Shown here piece after piece: positions 45,314-54,784 of a stretch of 54,784 bases of DNA (its first letter is position 1; every line of letters begins with the position of its first letter). The notes beneath the pieces were generated by a model. That model was given only the letters and a program-made list of their open reading frames with translations. It had not been told where the DNA came from and searched no databases. The stretch is taken from the IMG/VR virus record IMGVR_UViG_3300028384_000897, positions 1 to 54,784 of that record; one strand, 5' to 3'. This stretch comes from a virus. Its lineage: Duplodnaviria > Caudoviricetes. Position numbers and translations under genes: made by a program.

Positions 45314-46558
45314 TTAGTTTGTTATATCTAAATCGATTTCTTCTTCTAAATAGTCTAAACTATCAGGATCGAATTCATCTATTTTCAATTCTGGTTTAGG
45401 TAGAATAGGGTCTTTTTGAGTGTTGGTAATATATGGCATACCTCCAACTTGAGGAACAAATTCATGAATTGCTTCAGCTGTTACACTTACGTCTAACACA
45501 TGGGGTAATATCTGAACATCTGTTTCACTATTTTGTAATTTTATTTCCCATGGATAATCTTGTTGCCAAGTTATAGTAACGTTAGAAATATTACAAAGCT
45601 GTTTTGAAAGATAATCTCCTATGGTAATTCTAACTAAAGTACCTCTCATAAATAACCCATCTTCAGAAAATGACGGAGCTGTAGTAGAAGCAAGATAGTT
45701 TAACTTTCTATATAAAGGTCTTAAATCTGCTCTAGTATCGGCTGCTATTTTAAATCCAAAATTTATACTTCTTTCAAAACCTGTGTATGATTTAAACTGT
45801 TCCGGTCTTCCAAGGTACTGTGTTTTATTCCACATACCATTGTAAGAGTCACTGAGGCTATCTAAATAAGCTCTAAACTGAATAAAGTTACTTTCTTCTC
45901 CGTTTAAGACTGAAAAATAAAATGGAATTATATCAGCTTCCATTCTATCTTCTGAGGTTTGTATTGGATTTGAATTTACAAAGTCAGCGGTGAAAGTATT
46001 ATCAGGTTTTTTAGTATAATCAATCCTACCGTATTTTGGGTCTGCAGCAAGGGTTAGTTTTTTAGATTTTTTGATACCTTGTGAAATCCCTAACGAATGA
46101 GCTGGTGAGGTGGTTTTGCCTTTTGCATCATTAGCAAAGTTACCTGCGTAATCTCTAGCATCTTTATCTAGATTTAAGATACCTTTATATAAATGTAATC
46201 CTAATCCGTTTAAGGGTGTTTGAGCTACGTTAGTAACTGCAGTTGCTAAAATATCTTTAGCATCATCTATTAGTTCTTTAGCTAGTCCACCTCCACCGTA
46301 CTCTGCTTTTTTATCAGCAGCAGTAATTAAAGCGGTTAATCCTTGTTTTGCAGCATGAGTTATTCCAGGTTTAGCTATAACAAGTTTAGCCATACGGATA
46401 ACATCGTCTACTCTTTTAGCAGCGAGTATGCCTTGTACGGCTAAGCCAGAGTTACGGCCTCCTTCCTGATCTATATCCTTTACTACAAACGGTTTTCGAT
46501 TAAGACCGCTTTCAAATTTCAAAGACTTTAGATCTGTTTTTAGATCTACTAAAGCCAT
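45314..46558 (-). CDS. Tail tube initiator / baseplate protein
   Basis: FRAYL...YLGRPE..Y.GFERSI.F.F; position between tape measure and LysM genes. Confidence 0.6.
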   Translation of the reverse strand: MALVDLKTDLKSLKFESGLNRKPFVVKDIDQEGGRNSGLAVQGILAAKRVDDVIRMAKLVIAKPGITHAAKQGLTALITAADKKAEYGGGGLAKELIDDAKDILATAVTNVAQTPLNGLGLHLYKGILNLDKDARDYAGNFANDAKGKTTSPAHSLGISQGIKKSKKLTLAADPKYGRIDYTKKPDNTFTADFVNSNPIQTSEDRMEADIIPFYFSVLNGEESNFIQFRAYLDSLSDSYNGMWNKTQYLGRPEQFKSYTGFERSINFGFKIAADTRADLRPLYRKLNYLASTTAPSFSEDGLFMRGTLVRITIGDYLSKQLCNISNVTITWQQDYPWEIKLQNSETDVQILPHVLDVSVTAEAIHEFVPQVGGMPYITNTQKDPILPKPELKIDEFDPDSLDYLEEEIDLDITN

Positions 46559-46559
46559 T

Positions 46560-46748
46560 TTACTTTGGTGGGTTGTCTAAATACTTAGTTGGTACCGCTC
46601 CGTCTAAATCTAAAGTAGAATGATCAGCTTTTTGAGTTTGACCGTCTACGTGTACTTTAGTAGTATCAGCAGAAGCTCCAGCTCTTAATGCTGGTTGATC
46701 TCCTCCTAATCCTAAAGTAGTTTCTTTTAATGAATCAATTAGTGCCAT
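46560..46748 (-). CDS. Small hypothetical protein in the tail operon
   Basis: 62 aa; late-type motif upstream. Confidence 0.7.
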   Translation of the reverse strand: MALIDSLKETTLGLGGDQPALRAGASADTTKVHVDGQTQKADHSTLDLDGAVPTKYLDNPPK

Positions 46749-46779
46749 AATTTAATTTTTAGTTTATGTTAATAAATAT

Positions 46780-49700
46780 CTAGTATCTTGATACTATAGA
46801 CTCTCCTACTTTATAACTATCCATTTTTATAATACTTTTTGTAGGGTTAGTTATATATTGATAAAGTAAGGCAGTCTGGTTTCTCAATTCTGTTATTTCG
46901 TTTTGATGTTGTTTATCACTTTGCATTTTCAACTCTTTCATTTTTTGTAGTTGATCTTCAGCTGTGATTCGTGATTCGGTAATATAAGGTTCTATATTAT
47001 CACCAAATTGATTAACTGCCTGTACAGTAGCTTCTGCTCCTTTAGTAAGTGCAGCATTAAGAGCAGTCATTAATTCTTTAGATTGAGAAGTAGACATTTG
47101 AACTAAGGGTGTAGTTACCTTTTTAATCTCTGCTTCTTTTATTTCTGGTGTTGATGCTGTTGTTCCGTTCCACCAGTCTTTTAATCCTTGAACTTTTGAA
47201 CCAAACCATTCAGAGGCTTTAGAGGCTAAACCTGCAGCGGCTGCTCTTATACCACCAACTAGTCCTCCGTTTGCTTCAACGAATTCAGATATTTTACCTC
47301 TTATATTTCCAATCTTTTCCCCTATTGCACCGGCAAAGGCTTTTGCTTTATCTCTTGCTGTATTAGCAAATGACATTATCCCAGTACCTACTGCAGTACC
47401 AAATTCTACAGCTCTATCTTTAACATTAGTAGCAAAGTCAGATATTTTTTCACCCACCATCACAGCAGTTTCTTTTACTTTACTTCCTATCTCTTTAGCT
47501 TTATCCCAAGTCGCAGAAGCAAAGTTAGATAAACCTTGTCTCAATTTAGAGTTAGGATCTGAGAATACTTTGAATCCTTCAGCAACTACTCCTACTGCTC
47601 CTCCTACTACTGCACCAACTGCGGTACCAACTACAGGAACAACCGAACCGATTGCTGCTCCTACAGCAGCTCCTCTAGCACCTGATGTGGCAATACCTAA
47701 TGCTTCATCACCAGCTCCTCCCTCTTCTATACCTACATACTTACTTAACGAAGATCCTTTATTAGCATTCCCAGTTAAAGCTCCAAGCACACCTGCCTCC
47801 GCAGTACCCATATCTTCTCGGATACCTTGTTCTTTCTTTTGCGCAGCTGTTAGATCTTTTACTTGATTAACACCTTTAAAGGCACCCATTGCTAACTCTA
47901 ACGGTGCTAATATCTTACCGCCAACTGTTTTTAAAAGTCCAGAAGCAGCTCCAGTAGGTATTTTGATTTTACTAAATACATTAGTTAAGTTAGGTAACTT
48001 AATCTTAGAAAAGATATTACTTAAATTTGGCATTTTTAATCTAGAAAAAATTCTAGTTAAATTAGGCATTTTTATTTTATTAATTCTGCTTGCAAAATTA
48101 CCTAAATTTCTAGATATCATGTTTCTACCGAACATTTTGGTAATACCTCTGCTAAATGTTCTTGTAAGATTACCTACAAAGTTACCTTTTTTACCAAAAA
48201 GATATTTAAATACTCTAGAACCGCCTTGTGAACCTAAAAAGCCTTCTCCTGCTCCTACATTTTTAACATACAAAGGTAAAGATCTAATAGAACCCCTTAA
48301 TTTGCTAAACATTCCGCCAAGAGCCGATAAGCCTTTAAATGCTATAGTTAGACCGCCTCCTGCTAATACTCCTGCACCTAATAGTTTACCTAAAATACCT
48401 CCTTTGGAAAGTAATCCTCCTTCACCGCTATTAAATGCTTCTGTAAACGTATCCATTACTAGTGTACCTAGATTCTTTACAGTATCTTTAATAGCAGGTG
48501 CTAGTTCTTCAAAAGCATTTTTGACACCGGCTACAAACCCATCAGTCTTAAACGTTTCTAATATACCGCTAAAGTCTACGCTTTTTAAAGGTTCAAATGC
48601 TACCATAACAGCATCAGAAAATTCTTTAATACCTAACTTGAAAGACTCTATCATTTTATTTATTCTATCAGATAAAGTAGCCATACTCTCCATAGCGGCC
48701 ATCTGTCTTTGACCAATTTCTTCAGCTGAAAGTTTTTCGTTTTTAGCATTAGCCGCTTTTCTTGCAGCATCTTTCTCAGTCATTTTAGCCATTTCATCTT
48801 GGCTATTGAGCATTTTATTTAGTTCTTCACCTGATATCCCGATAGTTTTACCGAACATCTCTTGTGCTAGAACATTACCTTCAAGTCTGTCTTTATTTTC
48901 AGCTACAAGTCTTGCTATTTCTTCTTGCTGTGTTGCTACATCACCGGTAGCTGCTGCTGCTCTTAATCTATCAAGATTTAATTCCTTACCGAGCATTAAC
49001 TCAGCTTCCATCTCTTGAGCCATCGAATTTTCAAAATCAAGAGTGTTTCTTGCTGCGTCTTCAATTTTGCTCATTTCCATACCCATCATACGGGCACCAT
49101 GAGCAGCTTTGATTAAAGCATCTGGATTTTTAGCATTAGCACGAAGTATCGTCTCTGATGCATGTCCTATCTCTTCGAATATAGCTTTAGGTGCTACAGC
49201 GGCATTATTGAGAGCGTTAAGCTTTTCCGTTGAGCCTATAATATTTGCAGTAAGCTCTTCAAACGGTTGACCTATTTTAGCAGAAATCTTAAATAAGTGA
49301 GCTGCGGTATCTGCGGATACTCCTATCTTTTTAGTAAGTGTACCAAACGTAGTAAGTATGTCACCTGTAAACCCTAAAGAAGTACCTAATGCATCATTAA
49401 GCTGACCTACCATAGCGGCGGCTTCAGTAATAGGGATAGTTAATCTACCTGCTGCTTCAGATGCTGCCGCCATTGACTTAGACGCATCGATAAATCCTCC
49501 GCCAAGGCCTTTTCTTACTTCTACTGAGAATTCAGAGGTAAGTTTCATTGCATCGTAAAGACCGGAAAGGAAACCGCCAAGTCCTACTACGGTAAGACTT
49601 TTTATAAATCCTTGAGTAGCTTTAAACATAGCACCGAGCTTACTAGTACCTTGTGCAGTAGCATCTTGGAACATTGTACGAGCTTTAATTAACTCGCCAA

Positions 49701-50589
49701 ATATTGTGTTGAATGCAGTTCCAATTAAAGGTACGTTTTTAAGAAGAGCATCACCTAACTTTTGAAAAGACTCTAAAATACTACCTCCAGCTTTATCTAT
49801 TTCCTCCATAGTCTTTTGGAGTTCTTTGGCTGCTTCTATATCTTTACCCTGTAAGGTAGCTTTTTCTTTAAGTAAGTTAACTTGACCTTCTAAATTAGAA
49901 GCTTCTTGTTGAGCGGCATCTGCTAGATCTTGTGCATTATTAATTGCTTTTTGATCTTGAACTTCTTGTTTTTTAGCTATAGCAGATAAATTCTTCGCTT
50001 CATTTTCCATGCCTCTGGCTCTAGCCATTTCAGCAGCATGTAATTCTTCAGCTCTTGCTATTTTTGTTTTATCACCTGTCGCCTTAGCAGCATCTAACTG
50101 TGAAAATGAATCAGTTTCAATTTTAGTTCTATCTGCTGTTAGTTGGGCTATCTTCTCATCTGCAGCTAGTTGCTTATCTCTAGCATCTTTCTGCATTTTG
50201 TCAGACTTCGCTTGAAATTCTGCAGCTTCTCTTTTACGTTCCTTGATACGTTCCTCAAACGTAGCTACTTTAGATAGAATTGAGGCTTGATCTTGTTCTG
50301 CTTTGAGGATTTGATCTGCAAAACTTTTCCTAGCTTTAGATGATTTTAAGGTACTGACGGTAATGCTTTGTAGAGTTTTACTCAAAGCACTAACTTTACT
50401 AACCTCAGCTTGAGATATAATATCAGTACCTCCTCCTTTTACTTTGCTTAGTTCTTGAAACTCTTTTGCAAGAGATCTTATTTCAGCAGCGGTTTCAGAG
50501 GCAGATGTTCTTATAGCATCCAGTTCTTTTTTACGACCAGATGCTCCAGAAATATCTCCTAAAGGTTCTTTGTTAAAATCGTCAGCCAT
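46780..50589 (-). CDS. Tail tape measure protein
   Basis: 1269 aa, Ala/Gly-rich and helical, with glycine-zipper TM segments; follows the tube and chaperone genes. Confidence 0.88.
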   Translation of the reverse strand: MADDFNKEPLGDISGASGRKKELDAIRTSASETAAEIRSLAKEFQELSKVKGGGTDIISQAEVSKVSALSKTLQSITVSTLKSSKARKSFADQILKAEQDQASILSKVATFEERIKERKREAAEFQAKSDKMQKDARDKQLAADEKIAQLTADRTKIETDSFSQLDAAKATGDKTKIARAEELHAAEMARARGMENEAKNLSAIAKKQEVQDQKAINNAQDLADAAQQEASNLEGQVNLLKEKATLQGKDIEAAKELQKTMEEIDKAGGSILESFQKLGDALLKNVPLIGTAFNTIFGELIKARTMFQDATAQGTSKLGAMFKATQGFIKSLTVVGLGGFLSGLYDAMKLTSEFSVEVRKGLGGGFIDASKSMAAASEAAGRLTIPITEAAAMVGQLNDALGTSLGFTGDILTTFGTLTKKIGVSADTAAHLFKISAKIGQPFEELTANIIGSTEKLNALNNAAVAPKAIFEEIGHASETILRANAKNPDALIKAAHGARMMGMEMSKIEDAARNTLDFENSMAQEMEAELMLGKELNLDRLRAAAATGDVATQQEEIARLVAENKDRLEGNVLAQEMFGKTIGISGEELNKMLNSQDEMAKMTEKDAARKAANAKNEKLSAEEIGQRQMAAMESMATLSDRINKMIESFKLGIKEFSDAVMVAFEPLKSVDFSGILETFKTDGFVAGVKNAFEELAPAIKDTVKNLGTLVMDTFTEAFNSGEGGLLSKGGILGKLLGAGVLAGGGLTIAFKGLSALGGMFSKLRGSIRSLPLYVKNVGAGEGFLGSQGGSRVFKYLFGKKGNFVGNLTRTFSRGITKMFGRNMISRNLGNFASRINKIKMPNLTRIFSRLKMPNLSNIFSKIKLPNLTNVFSKIKIPTGAASGLLKTVGGKILAPLELAMGAFKGVNQVKDLTAAQKKEQGIREDMGTAEAGVLGALTGNANKGSSLSKYVGIEEGGAGDEALGIATSGARGAAVGAAIGSVVPVVGTAVGAVVGGAVGVVAEGFKVFSDPNSKLRQGLSNFASATWDKAKEIGSKVKETAVMVGEKISDFATNVKDRAVEFGTAVGTGIMSFANTARDKAKAFAGAIGEKIGNIRGKISEFVEANGGLVGGIRAAAAGLASKASEWFGSKVQGLKDWWNGTTASTPEIKEAEIKKVTTPLVQMSTSQSKELMTALNAALTKGAEATVQAVNQFGDNIEPYITESRITAEDQLQKMKELKMQSDKQHQNEITELRNQTALLYQYITNPTKSIIKMDSYKVGESIVSRY
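47960..48085 (-). repeat. 12-aa tandem repeat in the tape measure protein
   Basis: KIKMPNLTRIFS/RLKMPNLSNIFS/KIKLPNLTNVFS/KIKIP. Confidence 0.8.
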
Positions 50590-50626
50590 TGACAGTATTC
50601 TTTTTTATAAATAGCAAAGGCCTCTA

Positions 50627-50891
50627 TTATCTAGAAGCCTTTGTTGTATAAGATGGGTCTATATTTGGACCTTTCGGTATGTCGGGAGTCTTATTTTCTC
50701 CCTCAGCTTTTTCATTCTGTTCTTTATACCATTCGTCAATGGATTTGAACGTAAATCTTCTTAACCATATCGGCATATTATACACAGTACTCCAATCATA
50801 GCCGCCTTTACCATGAAATACTATTTCGTGTATCTGCCGAAAGATAGCAGCTCTATACTCCGCTGCTGCTTCAGGCGTCAGGCCAAAAAAA
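50627..50891 (-). CDS. Tail assembly chaperone extension (GT-like), probably made by frameshift
   Basis: Reading frame FFGLTPE...HEIVFHGKGGYDW...MPIWLRRF overlaps the end of the upstream gene at a T7 run. Confidence 0.65.
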
Positions 50892-51611
50892 GTTGATAGT
50901 AACCGGAACGTCGATGTCCTCCCCAACACCGTCATCGTTCACATGGTATACTTTAAATTCAACATCTGGCTGTACTCTGCCATACTCTTCTCTAAGAGCT
51001 CTAGCATCTGCAGCCAATAAACCTTGGTCAACAAATTGTCTGATAGTAGAAGTTTCTCTTTCACCATTAACTGAGGTAATGAGATGCTTCATTCTTGTAG
51101 TAACTGAAGTGTCGTTATCTCTGCTAATCTTTTTTAGTCCTTCTATCTCTCTATCGATTTTTCTATCATCACCGTGAGTTAAAAGCTTAAACGTTACTTC
51201 GTTACCGCTTTTAGGAAGATTAAATGTAAACTCACCGTTTTCGTTAATATCAACAGAAGAATCAAACTCTTTCTCTTTAATTTCAGATAAATCAACGCTA
51301 ATTTTTTCTCCGTTGTATTCTATTTCATAATCTTTACCGTATGATAAGATTCTTGCTGCTACCATAATAGCATTCTTATCTCCGATCAATAGATCATCAT
51401 AGTTTAAATCAGTAACTAACAGTGACTTAAGTAGTTTATCGATAACTATACCCTTTTGTATGTAGTTCTGATTTGTTAGGATATCCTCTTCTTTTGCTGT
51501 CATGTATTTCATTTCTACAGTACCGCTTTTCAGAGGATGTCCTTCAGGATAAAATTTACCCTTCGAAGGTAGTTCTACCGTTTCGGTAGGAATTTTAAAT
51601 TTTGGTTCCAT
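50871..51611 (-). CDS. Tail/baseplate assembly chaperone (T4 gp26-like)
   Basis: LPSKG..Y, MTAKEEDIL, GD.NAI..AAR, C-terminal NFFWP. Confidence 0.75.
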   Translation of the reverse strand: MEPKFKIPTETVELPSKGKFYPEGHPLKSGTVEMKYMTAKEEDILTNQNYIQKGIVIDKLLKSLLVTDLNYDDLLIGDKNAIMVAARILSYGKDYEIEYNGEKISVDLSEIKEKEFDSSVDINENGEFTFNLPKSGNEVTFKLLTHGDDRKIDREIEGLKKISRDNDTSVTTRMKHLITSVNGERETSTIRQFVDQGLLAADARALREEYGRVQPDVEFKVYHVNDDGVGEDIDVPVTINFFWPDA

Positions 51612-51683
51612 AAATTTTATTTAATGTAAACTAGTTTATATATAAATATACGAAGACTAAATTTATTAGGCAACTATATTCAT

Positions 51684-51707
51684 AAAAAAAGCCCGCTAAT
51701 GCGGGCT
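51684..51707 (-). terminator. Rho-independent terminator after the tail tube gene
   Basis: AGCCCGC-ATTA-GCGGGCT-TTTTTT. Confidence 0.9.
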
Positions 51708-51733
51708 CTTTCTTTATAAAGATGTATTTTATC

Positions 51734-52219
51734 CTAGTAGTTAAGTATACAGTAATCCATGTTGATTGTGATCCCTAAATCAACAACTGCATCTGATGAC
51801 CAGTCAAACTGTCCGAAGTCTCCATTAGTAACGAATGCTCCTTTGATTATCCACTCTCCAATTACGTCACCAACAGGTCCTAATACGTTAAGTGTTAAAT
51901 CTTTTTTGTAGAAGTCTGAGTATCCTGCTCTACCGGTTACTGATTCGTATCCTAATCTTGCCCATTCCATTACAGCTTGTGCTCCACTTGGAGTGATCGG
52001 ATCGTAAAGAGTCATAGTCATTTCTGCCCACTCTCTCTTTCCGCGGATCTTTCTATATGTGTTGATATGGTCAAGCTTTACTACGTTATCTGTAAAGGTA
52101 GGAGCTTTGACGTTCTTTATCATGAACGATGGGATCGCATCGATATACATGATAAATCTGTTTTGCACTTTCGGTTCGAAAGCTCTGAACATTATTTCGT
52201 TAGGATCTAATACTGCCAT
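51734..52219 (-). CDS. Tail tube protein (gp19-like)
   Basis: FEPK..NRF, TLYDPI, YKKD, W.IKGAF; follows the sheath gene. Confidence 0.9.
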   Translation of the reverse strand: MAVLDPNEIMFRAFEPKVQNRFIMYIDAIPSFMIKNVKAPTFTDNVVKLDHINTYRKIRGKREWAEMTMTLYDPITPSGAQAVMEWARLGYESVTGRAGYSDFYKKDLTLNVLGPVGDVIGEWIIKGAFVTNGDFGQFDWSSDAVVDLGITINMDYCILNY

Positions 52220-52256
52220 TTTGTTTTATCTTTATTATAAATATTCTACTTTTAAA

Positions 52257-53999
52257 TTATTCTCCCAATGTAGCCCCAGTTGGTAGGATTACGAAGTCTA
52301 ATGTGATGAATTCCGCTGTTTTAGCTGGCTGTATAAAGATTTGACCTACTAATTGGTTTCTATCGATTACGTCTGCCGTGTTATTCGTATCATCCATTAC
52401 TACTCTGTAAGCGTAAAGACCTTGTCTCTGTACTACTGACTCTAAGTATGGGTTAACGTTTGCTAAGAAAGTATTTCTTGTAGCAATTGTGTTTTGCTCG
52501 AATACTAATGTCTTAGCTTGATCTCCTAAGAATTTCTTAAGGTCGATCAATAATCTTCTAACATTTACTCTATCTAAAGCTGATTTCTTCTTCTGTAATG
52601 TCTTCTGACCGAATACTGAAATACCACTTCCTGGGAATGTTGCAATTGGGTTAACATTTGCAGCATATAATGTGTCTCTTTGAGATCTAGTAAGTTTTCT
52701 TTCTGCTTGGACAACGTTAGGAATTCCACCTCTAGTTAAACCAGCTGGTGCAAACCATGGTGCTGCTGCAGAATCTGTGAAAGCATATACACCTGGGATT
52801 ACAACTGATGCAGGAGCGAATTCTAACTTACCTGTTGAACTACCTACTTGTACCCATGGCCAGTAAGATGCTGCATATGAGCTGTTAATTGTAGCTGCAT
52901 GTCCTGCTGCACCGTTGACTGTAGATCCATAAGGAGATAAATCTACTACTGCGATACAGTCACCTCTGTTAGATGCTAAAGACACCATGCTGTCGATTTG
53001 TGTCTTGTGATCTCCGTAGTTGTAAATTAATCCTGGGGCAGATATGATATTAAATACGTATTCGTCTTGATTCTCTAATAATCCGAATGCGTTAGTATAG
53101 TTTGAAGCAACTAATCCTTGAGTATTTGCATTTGTAATATCTGCAAAGTGTTGGTTAGCTTCATCATGCTGATAGTTTTGACCAGAAGCTCCGTGGAACG
53201 AACCTGAAGAAGCAGTTGGTAAAGAACCTGTATAAGCATTATCTCTTACATTGATACCGTCATTTGATAAGTAGTTAAGAGTTTGTCTGTTAACTCCAGA
53301 TACTCTAATGTAGTTAGATCTGTTAACATAAGTTCCTACTGTGCTTAAGTAAGTACCGTCAGCACCAGTGTTTAAACTCTTATATTGATCTCCAATTACT
53401 TTAGCAATGTACCCATCGTTGTTTGGGTCTAAGCTTAAGTCATTGAAAGATTCTAATACTGTTTTTGATTTATCATTATCGTCACCTCTTCTAACAGCTA
53501 ATGAGAATGTACCAGCATTATTGTCTACGTTACTGATTTCCCATCTGATGTTATCTCCAGAACCAGAAACTAATGAACCATCACTATTAAGTGATCCTGG
53601 GTCACTAGCACCAGTAGAGTTATTCAATAATGCACCTTTACCTAAAGTTTGAATAGTGAAAGGAGCGTCACCACCATCTGATGCAGCGATAGTAGAGTTA
53701 CTAGCACCGGTAAATGAACCAGATACTACTCTAGTAATAAGTGCTGTGTTACCGCCTTGCTCAAAGTATGATTTGACTGCAATTGAAGTTAAAAATTCGT
53801 ATTTGTTTGAACCTGACTCAAATGTTACTCCAAATTTTCTTTGGTAGTCGCCATAAGATGTTACAACTGTAGGTTCAAAAGTAGGTCCTTTTACTGCAGG
53901 ACCCACAAATGCTGCTCCAGCAACTATAGGTGCAGGAGGGAGAAAAGATCTATCTTGTTCTCTTGATAGGACCCCTGGTGAGATTAATGATTCTGCCAT
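52257..53999 (-). CDS. Contractile tail sheath protein
   Basis: SPGV, WFAPAG..RG, NPIATFPG, GQKTLQ, LDRVNVRRL, PAKTAEFI. Confidence 0.96.
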   Translation of the reverse strand: MAESLISPGVLSREQDRSFLPPAPIVAGAAFVGPAVKGPTFEPTVVTSYGDYQRKFGVTFESGSNKYEFLTSIAVKSYFEQGGNTALITRVVSGSFTGASNSTIAASDGGDAPFTIQTLGKGALLNNSTGASDPGSLNSDGSLVSGSGDNIRWEISNVDNNAGTFSLAVRRGDDNDKSKTVLESFNDLSLDPNNDGYIAKVIGDQYKSLNTGADGTYLSTVGTYVNRSNYIRVSGVNRQTLNYLSNDGINVRDNAYTGSLPTASSGSFHGASGQNYQHDEANQHFADITNANTQGLVASNYTNAFGLLENQDEYVFNIISAPGLIYNYGDHKTQIDSMVSLASNRGDCIAVVDLSPYGSTVNGAAGHAATINSSYAASYWPWVQVGSSTGKLEFAPASVVIPGVYAFTDSAAAPWFAPAGLTRGGIPNVVQAERKLTRSQRDTLYAANVNPIATFPGSGISVFGQKTLQKKKSALDRVNVRRLLIDLKKFLGDQAKTLVFEQNTIATRNTFLANVNPYLESVVQRQGLYAYRVVMDDTNNTADVIDRNQLVGQIFIQPAKTAEFITLDFVILPTGATLGE

Positions 54000-54157
54000 T
54001 GTATCTTAAATTAGATTATTCGTTCTATAATAAATATCGTTGTTATATCGAAACCGATTTATTATGCTAAAGTTCTATTAACATTAATAAATAGGAAAAG
54101 ATAGCCGAAAACAAAGTTACTTAATCTACTTTAAGACCCGGAAAAATATTTTGGTAT

Positions 54158-54406
54158 TTATACAGCGTTAAACTCTCCTGTAATAGTATTAACAGTTCCT
54201 TTACCGTACTTTTCTTCGAGTTGTTTTGCTATGTCAGTTTCAAGCTTTCTAAGTTTTTCTATGAACTCTTCTGCTCTTTCTCTTCTTTTATCTAAATTGT
54301 ATTCAGCTATAGAGATTTGACCGAACTCTTTAACGATAGCAATATTTCTATTTTCTAACTCTTTTAGAGTTTGTATTTCTTCTTCGGTAAGTTTAGTTTT
54401 TTTCAT
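54158..54406 (-). CDS. Coiled-coil hypothetical protein
   Basis: LEEKYGKGTVN..TGEF C-terminus. Confidence 0.75.
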   Translation of the reverse strand: MKKTKLTEEEIQTLKELENRNIAIVKEFGQISIAEYNLDKRRERAEEFIEKLRKLETDIAKQLEEKYGKGTVNTITGEFNAV

Positions 54407-54416
54407 AATTTATTAT

Positions 54417-54677
54417 TTAATCATTTGTTTTTACTATTTCGTCTCCAATATGTCGGTGACTATGTTTAATTGTAGGAGAAAGTAAAGGATGGTCTGCAAT
54501 ACTAGAATGAGCTGCGTGAACACAGTAAGGACAGTTGTCAGCATATACTTGCTCAATTTTGTCCTTAATAATTGCAGTATCTACTTGTATAGCATATACG
54601 CTAGTTACTAACCAACCTGCTACACCTAATAGTAAAGTGCCTGCTAACGCAACTATCTTTTTATTTATCTTCTCCAT
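54417..54677 (-). CDS. Small membrane protein with CPYC and His-rich C-terminus
   Basis: One TM helix; ATG 54677 overlaps the upstream gene end. Confidence 0.7.
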   Translation of the reverse strand: MEKINKKIVALAGTLLLGVAGWLVTSVYAIQVDTAIIKDKIEQVYADNCPYCVHAAHSSIADHPLLSPTIKHSHRHIGDEIVKTND

Positions 54678-54784
54678 CTTCTTTAATTTCTTCATAAGAA
54701 CCATCTTCCAAGTTGATATTTATTTTACCATACTTTTCTTCTAGCTCTTTTTTGAACTTATTTTCTTCCTCTTGAAGACCTGCC
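54661..54784 (-). CDS. Partial CDS, paralogue of 54158-54406
   Basis: Not in the ORF track. ...KELEEKYGKININLEDGSYEE...; stop at 54661-54663. Confidence 0.7.
   Translation of the reverse strand, partial: AGLQEEENKFKKELEEKYGKININLEDGSYEEIKEDGEDK

Noticed and set aside
50616-50642. Hairpin over the chaperone-extension stop as a terminator
   Set aside because: The stem is present but lacks a proper U-tract; function unclear.
4654-54093. TATAAATA on the plus strand as true T4 late promoters driving plus-strand genes
   Set aside because: No credible plus-strand genes follow them. Their position is consistently just upstream of minus-strand starts.
72-54744. All plus-strand ORFs in the track (e.g. 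72-350, 1499-1807, 44685-45077, 47963-48712)
   Set aside because: They are antisense shadows of well-supported minus-strand genes, with no recognisable motifs, promoters or operon context.
1-54784. Stop-codon reassignment
   Set aside because: Conserved genes are full length in the standard code, and TAA, TAG and TGA all terminate genes.
1-54784. tRNA/rRNA genes
   Set aside because: No cloverleaf or T-loop pattern seen, and intergenic gaps are mostly too short. tRNAscan-SE was not run.

Overview
This is an AT-rich fragment of a large lytic myovirus. Every credible gene is on the minus strand and the genetic code is standard. A recurrent (G)TT(T)G-N~18-TATATTA promoter, Sec/lipoprotein signals and an Hc1-like protein point to a Bacteroidota (Flavobacteriales-like) host; this is inference. 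In transcription order (high to low coordinates) the window holds five modules. (1) A contractile tail module: sheath, tube, frameshifted chaperone pair, tape measure, baseplate/LysM. (2) A replication module: a short atypical second family-A polymerase, SSB, RecA/UvsX, 5'-3' exonuclease, DnaB-like helicase, NrdB/NrdA and thioredoxin. (3) A complete 7-deazaguanine pathway: queC, queD, queE plus ferredoxin, folE, queF, a TGT-fold DpdA-like gene and a PurN-like formyltransferase. It is interleaved with a PRTase, a MazG-like pyrophosphatase, a P-loop kinase, sugar/carbamoyl-modifying enzymes and mgsA. (4) The main PolA and a chaperone block (DnaJ domain, Hsp20, GroES, GroEL, Hc1). (5) An operon of envelope-targeted proteins (CsgG-like, cohesin/dockerin-like, T9SS-CTD-like lipoprotein). 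The most notable observations are a preQ1 class-I riboswitch-like aptamer leading the queD/queE operon, a second pseudoknot before queC, a possible nucleotide-level (pre-replicative) route for replacing G with formyl-preQ1, and a second PolA whose steric-gate Glu is replaced by His. All protein calls come from motif recognition by eye; no database searches were run.
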